In this document: one piece after another, positions 23,601 through 36,300 of the stretch
Layout: each line of letters begins with the position of its first letter
Numbering within the stretch: position 1 is the first letter of the stretch
DNA from: Felis catus
Lineage: Eukaryota
Assembly (NCBI RefSeq): GCF_018350175.1
Contig: NC_058368.1
Coordinates: 228,038,001 to 228,102,000, forward strand
DNA: 64,000 nucleotides
Direction: 5' to 3'
Translations under genes and position numbers: made by a program
The notes under the pieces: generated by a model
The model's database searches: none
What the model was told of the DNA's origin: nothing
Seen by the model: the letters and a program-made list of their open reading frames with translations, nothing else

Positions 23601-23926
23601 AGAGAGAGGGAGACACAGAATCGGAAACAGGCTCCAGGCTCTGAGCCATCAGCCCAGAGCCTGACGCGGGGCTCGAACTCCCAGACCGCGAGATCGTGAC
23701 CTGGCTGAAGTCGGACGCTTAACCGACTGCGCCACCCAGGCGCCCCTCCAAGATTTTTATTTTTAAGTAATCTCTACACCCACTGTGGGGCTCGAACTCA
23801 CAGCTCTGAGATCAAGAGTCACATGCTCTACTGACTGAGCCAGCCAGGTGCCCCTCCATTCTCTTTTTCTTAACCAACTCCTTTCTTCTTAATTTATTAT
23901 TATTATTTTTTAATTTTAATTTTTTT

Positions 23927-23981
<55 letters not shown>

Positions 23982-26900
23982 TGAGCAGGGGAGAGGGGCA
24001 GAGGGAGAGAGAGAGAATCTCAAGCAGACTCCATGCTCAGTGTGGAGCCTGATGAGGGGCTTGATTCCATGATCCTGGGATCATGACTAGAGCCAAAATC
24101 AAGACTGACACTCAACTGACTGAAGCACTCAGGAGACCCCTGTCTTTCTCCTTTAAATTACTCACCCACTCTCACTGAATTCAGCTCTTGTCTCTATAAA
24201 ATCAGGATGAAAATTCTGACTTTCCTACAGCTCTGGTTAGAGTTGGGGACAGAGGTGATGAGCCTTGGAGATAAGAGATAGAGGGGACCAGTAACTGGTG
24301 TCTCCAAGATAAAGACTGGAGGGCATGGGTGATGGTGGTGGTGGGGGGTGGCAGTACATGAGTGATTTTGATCAGGGTTGTGTCCAGGGGATCAGAGCCT
24401 GGAATCCTGGGTTCATGCTGGTGCTAACAGGTCAGAGAGCGAATGCCTTGGAACCAGGTGAGCCATTAGAAGTGTGGCAGGCAGAGCCTAGCAGGCAGAG
24501 GAAGGCAGTATTTAGCAAAGGACCAGCTGTTGAGATGTCAAGCTGAGGCAAGAGAAGACTGAGAAGGACCCGAGAGCCCAGAACTTGTAAGAGGACTAGT
24601 ATGAAGATTCCATGGCCAGATTCCGTAAGACTCTCAGAATGGACATAAGGAAGAGGGAAAAGAAGACTAATTCAAGGTCTTAAATATTCATACAGAGCTT
24701 AGCATAGGCCTTTGTGAAGCCACAGGGTAGGAAAGCAAGGAAAACCAGGTGCAAATGTTAGGGCTCAGTAAAGCTGCTGTCTGTAGTTCTAGGGAGGTAA
24801 TGGAGGCATTGCAAATATTCTAGTTGTGCATGGTTTATACACAGTTGTTCTTTTTTTTAATGTAGTGACAACATTTGAATATTTAGTTAGGCTAACTGTA
24901 CTATTTAGTGGAGGACAATTTCTCAATCCTAAGATGTGGTTTTTGCAGAAGAAATAACATCATTTAATATATGTATAATATATAACATGTAAAATGGTAT
25001 ATGTGTGTGTGTATATATATATGTATATATAGTTTTAGTAGGAGTAGTGAGAAGTATTGAGAGCAAGCATATATTGTGATAGGTGTAGTGATCCTACAGC
25101 TTTGGGGCTTTGCTGAATGGGGCAGGGAGCCCCCCAGGTAGCAATGTTTCTTCAAGTGTTAAGTGTTTCCAGTGGTGTCCTGGATATTTCCAACTGGTCT
25201 TGCCAAATGATTTGTGTACAGTCAAGCTCATCTTGGTACTAATTCTCACTGCATATGCAACTGGCTTCCCAGTTGTGTGTAATTTAATGATCCCTTTAGA
25301 ATTGTAGAGGCTCAAAATTTTCGTCTGGTAAAATTGAGAAGAATTGGTTGTACCTTTACCTTGAAGCATGAGATAGAAAATAATGAAATATTTTTTTTGT
25401 CTTTAATGAACTCAATTTAGATTTTAATGACAACTGTACTAAATCTTAGAATGACCAAGAATAAATCACGTGCTTCACTTTTTGGTGCGATTTTTTTTTT
25501 TTTTTTACATAAAATTGTACGATAGTGTAAGATATGTGAGGTTCTCAGGACAACTCATAATGAAAATCATTTTGGAAAATCGATCTGAGGGCTTAATGAA
25601 AGAGGTATTTCTTAAAAGTTTGGTATTTAAGTCATTCCTTTTGAAATTCTTAGGAATTACTTACTAATCTCTTTTTCTGTAGTGGTTTTATGTTCCTGGG
25701 CTCTGGAAGTGTTTCTACAGAGTAGTTTTGCATTTCTTCTGCTGGGGCCCCAGTGGTTTCACTATTCCAGACTAGCTGTTATATTAATTTCTTGGGTTAG
25801 ACACTGCCCCTCCCCCACCCCCCATCTCGTGTGTAGTTTAAACTCAGACCCCTCTTTTAGGTGTGGTGCAGACATAGGATTTCATTTGCTCTAGGGCAGG
25901 GATCAGCAAACTATGCCCAAGGGCCAAACCCTCCATGCATCTTTGCTTATGGATTGTCTATGGCTGCCTCTGCATATGGTGATAGGTGAGTGGTTGTGAA
26001 AGGGACCTATGCCCCACAAAGCTGAAAATAGTTACTGTCTGGCCCTTTACAGAGGAGGTGCGGGATCCTGATTCAGGGGGCCTGGTTCATCCATTCATGA
26101 CTCTGGGCAGATGGCAAGCCCCCATGCTGCTTTCCCTACCTTGTGGACAGAATTATTGCTTGGGCCGGGCTGCATTTCAAGGGCTGTGGCTTTCTACAGC
26201 GATCTGTTGAGAGTGTTAGGACCCCACCGCTTCTCTACCCACATTGAGATAAAACCCCACTTCCTGCCCCCCAGGCCCTGTATCTGACCCAAGCTGATGG
26301 AGCCTGAGTTTGTGCCAGGTCCTGTGACTGCCCTGGCTTTCAAGACCCTCTTTGTTATGGCTTCTGGGCATTTATCTTTCAAGCTCAGGGGAGGACTAAA
26401 TTTTCTGTTATGCTTTTTCCTATATTATGTGTGCTCGTAGAGAATGGGGAACTCTTCTGTCTTGTTGCTAAATAGGACTTTTTAAAATCAATAATATTGT
26501 AATAACTTATGGTGACAGCCGGTGGCCCACACCTATGTGGTGAGTGCTGGTTCAATCAACATGTTGTACATCTGAAACTAAAGAATGTGTACTCTAAAAA
26601 AATTAAAGGAAAGAGGACTTTTCCAATGAGAATTCACTGTTTACAATCGGACCTTATTCTATTTCAGAACGACTTGCAGAAGTTCATGGATGTTACGTTT
26701 GAAAAGATTCAGAACACAAATCAAGCTCTAAGTATGTTGAAGAAATTTGAAAGGTAAAAATTTGAAACAGATTCTATTCTGTCTTCTAAAACTGGGGCCA
26801 TATGAACACAGTTTAGCTTATTTTGTTATTATTAATTAAAATCCTTTCTCTACAATCTGCATAACAAGGTCAGAGTTTTTAAGTTCTTCAGATGTTAAGA

Positions 26901-27263
26901 GTTTGTTTTATTTCCTGTTAGCTTTGAACTACCATGTGATTGTCTATCATAATATTACTTAATGTTTAAGTAATTAAAAAAAATTCTTACCAGGTTAATG
27001 GTTTTGCTTAGATTTTAAGGATTTATACTATTTTTTTTTTTTTTAAGTAAACTCTATGCCCAATGTGGGGCTTGAACTCGTGACCCTGAGATCAAGAGTC
27101 ACATGCTCTACTGAGCCAGCCAGGCATCCCAATACTATTATTTAAAGCCACTTTATTGAGATAATGGATGGATTGATACTATTCTGATTTTTTAAATATG
27201 CCAACCAAATATCTCATTTTTTTCCATTACTGTATGTTTTAAAAAAAATGTTTATTTATTTAT

Positions 27264-27310
<47 letters not shown>

Positions 27311-30300
27311 AGTGAGTGGGGGAGGGGCAGAGAGAGAGGGAGATAGAGAATCCCAAGCAGGCTCTGCAGTATCATTACAGAGCCTGATGTGGGGCTCGAT
27401 CCCATGACCCTGGGATCATGGCCTGAGCTAAAATCAAGAGTCAGATGCTCAACTGACTGAGTCAGCTAGGGACCCCTCCATTGCCATAGGTTTTAAAATG
27501 AACCTTTTTTTTTTTTTTTAAGTTTATTTATTTATTTTGAGGGAGAGAGACAGAGAGAATGTGCAAGTGGGGGAAGGGCCGAGAGAGCAAGAATCCCAAG
27601 CAGGCTCTGCACTGTCAATGCAGACAGAGCCTAATGTGGGGGGTCAAACTCATGAACCATGAGATCATGACCTGAGCTGAGTTCCAGAGACGCTCAACTG
27701 ACTGAGCCACCCAGGTGCCCCTAAAATAAATCTTAATAAAGGAGATTGCTAGGTATCTTCCCATTCATTCAAACCATTCACTTTTTGTTTTTTTTCAGGT
27801 TGAATATACCTAATCTTGGTATTGATGACAAATATCGGCGTATTCTTGAAAACTATGGGGCTGATGTCGATATGATCTCCAAGCTGTATACGAAGCAGAA
27901 ATGCGATCCCCCTTTGGGTCGAGATCAGCCTCCCATTGCTGGGAAGATTTTGTGGGCCCGACAGCTCTTCCAGAGGATTCAGCAACCAATGCAGCTTTTC
28001 CAGGAGCACCCGGCTGTGCTACAGACAGCTGAAGCCAAGCCTGTGATTCGCAGTTACAACAGGGTGGCCAAAGTCCTCCTGGAGTTTGAAGTTCTCTACC
28101 ACAGGGCATGGCTTCAACAAGTGAGTCTCTACATGTGTGCCCTTCAAAGACGTCTTCACTGCCAGGTCAAGAGGAAACCCTCTGCTAGCCTTTTATTCCT
28201 GTAGAAAGTTGGATTTGTGGGTATTTCATAAGACAGGTTTGGTTGAATGTAGGTAATCAGTCAAAGAGTATAATATGTCCATGAAGAAAAATAATGATTG
28301 ATTTTGAAAAAAATTATAAGGCAGGTAACAGAAACTCATTTTTATTTAATTTACAAACTCCTAAGAGAGAAAGAAGATCCTGTTTATTGGTTCTTTTACC
28401 TAGTCGATTGGGATTTCTGACTTTTTTCTAATCCATTAACTTCCTTGATGTGTTGCTAAACATTAGTATGTCTCTGTAAAGCGAAATCTTAAATTTTCTT
28501 TGGTTATTCTAGGTTCATCAAATTGTATTTCATACCCTACCCACTCTTGTATGTCTTTGTAGATTGACGGGAAGTATCTCAGAGGATGAAATTCAGCCTT
28601 ACAGGCCCCCTAAAATGCTATCCCATTTTCCTGGTTTAGCTCTTGGTGCCTGAGCCAATAACAGAGAGGTCTCCATGGTGGTATTCATAGTTTCTCTAGA
28701 TAACTAAAACCGAATTTAGTGGGTTGAATAAAACTTTTATTAGGAAGAATAATGAGTTGGGCACGATGGTATCAGGGAGCTAAACGGGTTTTGAGAAGCC
28801 CCTGCAGTGTTCACTTACCTGTTGGGTGTGAGAGGGTCATGACCCAGGCATTTTGTCAGACTGACTGCATAGCATCACTACCAAGAGCTCGAAGGCACTT
28901 TTCTGAAAGTGACCTTGGAAGAAGAGTGTCGTCTTTAGTTTGAGAAGCTCAAATCCAAGGAAGAACACTTACTGGTCATCATTCCCAGAAATGACTGAGC
29001 TAGACCCCCTGTGGAGGCGCTGAACTTTCTAATAGTAAAAATGTTGATCTCTTGACACAGATTGAAGAAATTCACATAGGACTTGAGGCATCTTTATTGG
29101 TGAAGGCTCCAGGCACGGGGGAATTGTTTGTAAACTTTGACCCGCAGATATTAACCTTATTTAGAGAGACAGAGTGCATGTCACAGATGGGTCTGGAAGT
29201 GTCACCATTGGCGGCTGCCCTGTTCCAGAAACGGGATGTATACAAAAAGAACTTCAGTAACATGAAGGTATGGTACTTTAATTTTTTCCTTTTTCTGGCT
29301 AGGCCCAGTTTGCATTAAAAAAAAAAAAATCTGGTGGTATGTCACTATTGAGGGATAGCAAGTGCTCAGGATGACTGAGGTGGAAATTGAGAGGGAATGT
29401 GACTGTAGGGAAGGTGGAGGCCAGCTCATCACCGATCATGGAAACCCAGGTTATAAGTTTGAATGCACCAGGAAGACATTGCAAGAATTCAAGTGGGAGC
29501 AAAAGGCATGATAGTTTTTACGATAAAACTATCGTAAAAACTAACTACAGGAGGAAATCAATAATGTCCATCTGAAGTAGAAGATGATTTTGAGAGATCT
29601 AAGTGGAAATATTATCCATGCAGATAGATATGTAAGTCTGGAGTAGAGTGGAGGAGTCAAAGTGGAAGGCATAGTTTTGAGAGTTTTATTTTTATTAAAT
29701 TTATTTTTAAATTTTTTTTTCTTTTTGAGAATTTTAAGAATATAGTTGGCATTTAGGGGCACATGGCTGGCTCAGTGGGAAGAGCACGCAACTCTTGATC
29801 TTGGGGTCATGAGTTCAAGCCCCACACTTGGTGTAGAGATTAATAAAAAAAATAGATAAACTTAAAATATAGTTGGTATTTAATGTTATTGTCTTGGATG
29901 AGATCTCCAAGGAAGAGAATGTAGATAAAGTGGAGTAGAAGGCTACGGGTTGCCCCAATGTCAATGGGTCTGACAGAAGAGGACAAGTGTGCAACATGAG
30001 TAACTGGTAAGAGCAGATATTTTGGTAGGTTGGAGGACCATCTCAGATGTTGCAGAGTTATTGTGCTGAATATTTAACAGCGCTCCCAGGTTCCCACAGT
30101 TATGCTGAGAACTTGTTTTCTTCATCTGTTCCTTGGAGTGTAGTTCAAACAGGAAAGAAATGAGCCCACATAGACTAATAGTTATGAGAATGGATTCTAA
30201 AACCAGTTTGATCTGGATACAAATCATTATCTTTGGGCAAATTGTTTTACCCTTTGAAGCCTCAGTTTGTCATCATAAAATGAATAATATCTCATGGGGT

Positions 30301-33300
30301 TAAAGGATTAAGGTGAGAGGTAGAAGGTCTTTCCAGGTAGAATTTGCTTTCCAGGTAGAATAAGTGATGGGCATTGAACATAGATAAGCCGTGGATAATT
30401 GATTGAGGAAATGTATAAGTAGCTGCTAATAGAACCATCCAACATAGGCTTTTTCAAAGTGGTTTTCATGGAAATTGAAAGGATATAGAGAAATTGCAGA
30501 AAAGTATTGTATGAAGAAAGGATTGTGTAGTCCATTTGGAAAATGTTGGGTTTAACAAAATTCACAAAGTCCGTTGGGTTTCTTACTTCTTTCTTGTGGT
30601 TTTTGCAGAATTATTAATTTTAATTGTGACTTTCCAAGAAGGAGGATCATGTATACAGTGGTTTCCAAGCTTATTCATCCAGGGACCACACTTTTCCTTA
30701 TAGAATCTCTTAGGGCTAGTAGTTCAGGGAAAACATTTGGGTAAACGTTGATCTAATGACAAACTAATATCAACATGCACATTACAAATATGAGCTTAAA
30801 AACAATTGTATTTAAGAAGTACATTAAATTTACTTTCTTATAATTAATTATTATTAATACTAACATTATGAAAAAAGGTAGGCTGCAAGTACTTTTAGTC
30901 TTATTTAAAATGGTAATGTATGGGGCACCTGGGTGGCTTACTCAGTTTAGTGTCCGACTTCGGCTCCGGTCATGATCTTACGGACTGGTCCGTGAGTTCA
31001 AGCCACACATTGGGGTCTGTGCTGACAGCTCAGAGCCTGGAGCCTGCCTCAAGTTCTGTGTCTCCCTCTCTCTCTGTCCCTCCCCTGCACTCTCTCTCTC
31101 TCTCTCTCTCTCTTTCTCAAAAAGATAAACATTAAAAAAATTTATCAAATGGTAATATATGAACAGAATACCGACACAGTTCAATATTATGCAACAGGTA
31201 AATTTCATTGTAGGACAGAACCCATGAGTTTGTAATCACAAGCACTCCTTCTGATAACAACTAATTAATAAATTAGGGAAATATTGATGGATCACCTCCT
31301 ATATGCACCTCTTTCAGGTGCATTGGACAAAGACAAAATTCTTGAAGAGAATTTTCTATAGAAACTCTTGTCCTTATATTCTAGTTGGGTAAGACTGAAA
31401 ATAAGCAATGAACATTCTAAATAGATAAATTACATAGTTTATTAGAACGTGATAGGCACTATGGGAAAAAATGGAGCAGGACACAGGATAAAATGTTTGG
31501 GTGGTTTTTGGTGATGGTTTACAATATGAAGTAGGTATTCAGAACAGGCCTAATTGAGAAGATGACATTCGAGTAATTATTTGAAGGGGATACAAAGGAC
31601 CTGAGGCTAGGGACCAGCAAGGATGACAGTAGGGCAAGAGTAGGGAAGGGATGAGAAGAATGATTAGAGATGAGATCAAAGAAGTAATGGGGACCAGATT
31701 GGGTAGATCTTTGTAGACCAACATAAGAACTTGTATCCCTGAATGAGATGGGAAGGCATGTGGCTATGTAAGCAGAGGTATTACCCAGGCTGATTTACAT
31801 TTTGAAAGGGTCATTCTTGCGGCTAAATTGAGCACAGACTGTACGGGGCATTAGTGGAAGCAGGGAGACAACGGTAGACCGTTACAGTAATTTAGAGGAG
31901 AGTCAGCGATAGTGGTAGCACTGCATATGGTAAACAGGTCAGATATAGGATCTCTTGAATATGGAACAAACAAGATATCCTGATGGATTGCCTGTGGGCG
32001 GGAGAGACAGACAGAAGCCACCGTCAGCTGAGATGGAGAATGCTGTGGGCAGAGAAGGTTTTGGGGAAGAACAAACTTCCAGTTTTGGACATGTTAAATC
32101 GAAATGTCTTTTATATATTCAATTGGAGATATTGAATAGGCTTAGGCCTTGTTTGCTTCTGGATTTGAGGAGCGAGGTCTGGGCTGAGATGTGAATTTAG
32201 TTGTCTTTGGCATACAGATGATACCTAAAGCCATGACATTTGTTGGCATCAACGTTGGTTCCTGACTCCTTATATGCTTTGGGTCTTACATCAAGACTTG
32301 GCGTGGGGCTCCTGGGTGGCTTAGTTGGTTACGTGTCTGACTCTTGGTTTCAGCCCAGGTCACAGTCTCATGGTTTTGTGAGTTCGAGCCCTGCATCAGG
32401 CTCTGCGCTGAGCGTGGAACCTGCTTGGGATTCTGTCTCCTCCCTCTTTCTCCGCCCTCCCCCTCTTACACTGTCTCTGTCTCTCTCAAAAATATATAGA
32501 TACCTTAAAACAACAAAAAAAAAGATTTGGCTTACAATTCCAGCAATGGGCTGAGGCAGATTTCTTTTCTTTTTTCTTTTTTTCTTTTTTAGAATTTACA
32601 TCCAAGTTAGTTAGCATATGGCGCAATAATGATTTCAGAAGTAGAAGCCAGTGATTCATCCCCTACATATAACTCCAAGTGCTCATTCCAACAAGTGTCT
32701 TCTTAATGCCCCTTAACTTACCCATTTAGCCCATCCCCCCCACCTACAACCCCTCCAGCAACCCTCAGTTTGTTCTCTATATTTAGGAGTCTCTTATGGT
32801 TTGTCCCCTTCCCTGTTTTTATATATTTTTGCCTCCCTTCCCTTATGTTGATCTGTTTTGTATCTTAAATTTCACATGAGGGAAGTCGTATGATATTTGT
32901 CTTTCTCTGATTGACTAATTTCGCTTAGCATAATATATTCTAGTTCCATCCATGTTGTTGCAAATGGCAAGATTTCACTCTTTTTGGTTGCCAAGTAATA
33001 TTCCATTGTATATATATACCACATCTTCTTTATCCATTCATCTGTCGATGGACATTTGGGCTCTTTCCATACTTCCACTATTGTCGATAATGCTGCTATA
33101 AACATTGGGATGCCTCTGCCCCTTCGAAACAGCACACCTGTATCCTTTGGATAAATACCTAGTAGTGCAACTGCTGGGTCGTAGGGTAGTTCTATTTTTA
33201 ACTTTTTGAGGAACCTTCATACTGTTTTCCAGAGTGGCTGTGCCAGTTTGCATTCCCCCCAGCAGTGCAAAAGAGATCCTCTTTCCACATCCTCATCGAC

Positions 33301-36300
33301 ATCTATTGTTATCTGAGTTGTTAATTAAGCCATTCTGATTGGTGTGAGGTGGTATCTCATTGTGGTTTTGATTTGTATTTCCCTGATGATGAGTGATGTT
33401 GAGCATTTTTTCATGTGTCTGTTAGCCATCTGGATGCCTTCTTTGGAAAAGTGTCTCTTCATGTCTTTTGCCCATTTCTTCACTGGATTATTTGTTTTTT
33501 GGGTGTTGAGTTTGATAAGTTCTTTATAGCTTTTGGATACTAACTCTTTATCTGATATGTCATTTGCAAATATCTTTTCCCATCCTGTTGTTTGCCTTTT
33601 AGTTTTGCTGATTGTTTCCTTCACTGTGCAGAAACTTTTTATTTTGATGAGGTCCCAATAGTTCATTTTTGCTTTTGTTTCCTTTGGGCTGAGGCAGATT
33701 TCTGGTGACCCCAGCATTTTGGGTGATGAGTATGGTCCACAGAAATTGCCCAGAGGAGCAGGAAGTGTGTGGTGCCAGCATACAAAGTTGAATGAATGAG
33801 CTTAGTGATGCACAGACTAAGTCATTGGTAACCTGGTCTAGAAAGTCACTTGACCTTAGAAATTTTCTCCCCTTTTTGGACAGGGGAAGGGGTGAGAAAC
33901 TCCTACTCTTAATTTCTCTCAGCTGTATTTTATTGGATTAGGAATTTGTATTTAGGGAGAGATTTTGCCTCTCCCATTCTTATGTTGTTTTGGCCACTCT
34001 ACCTGCCGGGCTACTGTTGGAGCCCTACAGCTGGACTTTAACTAAACGCCATCCTTTTGGATAAGAAAAAAAATGAGATAGTAGAAGTGTGGTATTCATT
34101 GATCATTTAACCTCCATTTCATTGCAGATGATGCTGGCCGAATACCAGAGAGTGAAGTCAAAAATGCCTCCCACCATAGAGCAACTGATGGTCCCTCATT
34201 TGGCTAAAGTGGACGAAGCTCTCCAGCCTGGCTTGGCTGCACTGACCTGGACATCACTGAACATTGAGACGTACTTAAAAAACACTTTTGCGAAGATCAG
34301 TAAGTCTGTCTGAATAGTTACTGTTTCTCATCTTTGAAAGGCTGCGTTCTTAACGCCTATGGTATAATTTCTTCTAGATACTGGGATATAAATAATGAAA
34401 TGAGACCATTATTCTTAAGCTGTTCCTTAGGGAATTTTACCAAAATACATGAACTCATTAATTTCCTGGAAACTATACGTATTCACTATTTAATTTTATC
34501 TCCCAGAGATTAACTGCATTTAAAAATCATACTTACTATTGGACATTCGACTTTCAATAAGATGGTCAATTTAAAGTTGGAAAACTGTGATCCAGAGATG
34601 CTGGGTGACTGCTAATGTGATATAGATGTAAGCAGTAAGGGTGAGTTTAGAACCCGGTTTCCTTGCCTCCAAAACAATATTCTTTCCAAAATACAGCTCC
34701 CTGGGAACTAAAACAGGAGGAAATAGGCTAACATTCTAGAAGGAGATATTTAATAAAAGGTATAAAAACTTCATAATAAGAGTTATCACAACCAAATTAG
34801 AACAGGCTCTACCAAGCTATACTTTAGTACTTTTCTCCCTAGAGAATATTAGGATTAGAATGTTTGCATTGGATGTCTTATTATTATGTTACCTGGGACA
34901 GGAGCTAGCTTCTAAAGAAGCTCTCCTTAGTTCTCGTATTCTGTTTGCTTTTTGCGATTTACATGAAGGATCTGAGATGGATGTCAGAAGTCCAAGATGA
35001 CTCTTAGGGAGTTAAAAATCAAGGTATCAGCACAGATAGTTCCTTCTGGAGGCTTTGGGGGAGAGAATCCTTTCCAGTTTCCAGAGGTCACCTACATCCT
35101 TTGGCTCATGGTCACTCCATCTTCAAAGCCAGTAACATAGTATTCTTTTTTTTTTTTTTTTTTTTTCAACGTTTATTTATTTTTGGGACAGAGAGAGACA
35201 GAGCATGAACAGGGGAGGGGCAGAGAGAGAGGGAGACACAGAATCGGAAACAGGCTCCAGGCTCTGAGCCATCAGCCCAGAGCCCGACGCGGGGCTCGAA
35301 CCCACGGACCGCGAGATCGTGACCTGGCTGAAGTCGGACGCTTAACCGACTGCGCCACCCAGGCGCCCCTAGTATTCTTAAATCTCCTTCTCTCTGTTTC
35401 TGTTTCCATGGACTTTGACTCTCCTTCTTTCCTCTTATAAGGACTCTTAGGGCTACACTGCTCCCACCTAGTGTAGATAATTCCCACCTAGATAATTTAG
35501 GGCAGTTTCTACATCTCAAGATACTTAACTTGATCACATCTGCAAAGTCCCCTTTGCCATATCAGGTAGCATTTGAAGGGGATTAGGATGTGGACATCTT
35601 GGGGGATGGGGTGGCTCACAGATGTCCTCGAAGAAGCTTTATAGAATCAGAAACAGTAAAGAATTTTATTGAGCATTCATGCTTACCTAAAAGTGTTGGC
35701 TCTCTTCTAGTTGGAAATAAGCTTACCAGGCAAAACTTTTTGGTATCTTGATATTAACTTAGAAATGGTTGAAAACTTTTAAGGCCTTATTCTATAGGAA
35801 GTAAAGGTATTTATTTAAGGGAACATTTTACATCTTTGATACATCATGAGTATATAACATGGACTTTCCTGTATTCAATTTTAACTTCATTTCCTAGATG
35901 AAAACCGTATCAGAAGAAAAGAGAATTTACTCTGTGGTATCCGTTGAAAACCATATTATCCCTTAGATAGAGCTTTATTAACTATCATTCCTACTTTTGA
36001 TGTAAAAGTGTTAATTTCCTCTGGAATTGACCTTTCTGTCTATGGAACTTAGTGTTCAATATTACTTCAGCACAACTTAAAAAAAAATGTACCTTATGAT
36101 GCTAACAGTAAAAGAAAAAGGGAATTGTTTCACTTCAATAATATCTGTTGGGGCGCCTGGCTGGCTCAGTTGGTGGAGCATGTGACTCTTGATCTCGGGG
36201 CTGTGAGTTCAAGCTCCATGTTGGATGTAGAGATTACTTAAAAATCTTAACAGAGAATTATCTGTTGAATACCTCCTGAGGAATAGGTACAGAGCTGTGT

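Noticed and set aside
32872..33717. Reverse-transcriptase-element peptides as a nested gene (also 51137-51544)
   Set aside because: 5'-truncated, frame-broken L1 ORF2 C-termini bounded by TSDs; no promoter, ORF1 or catalytic domains.
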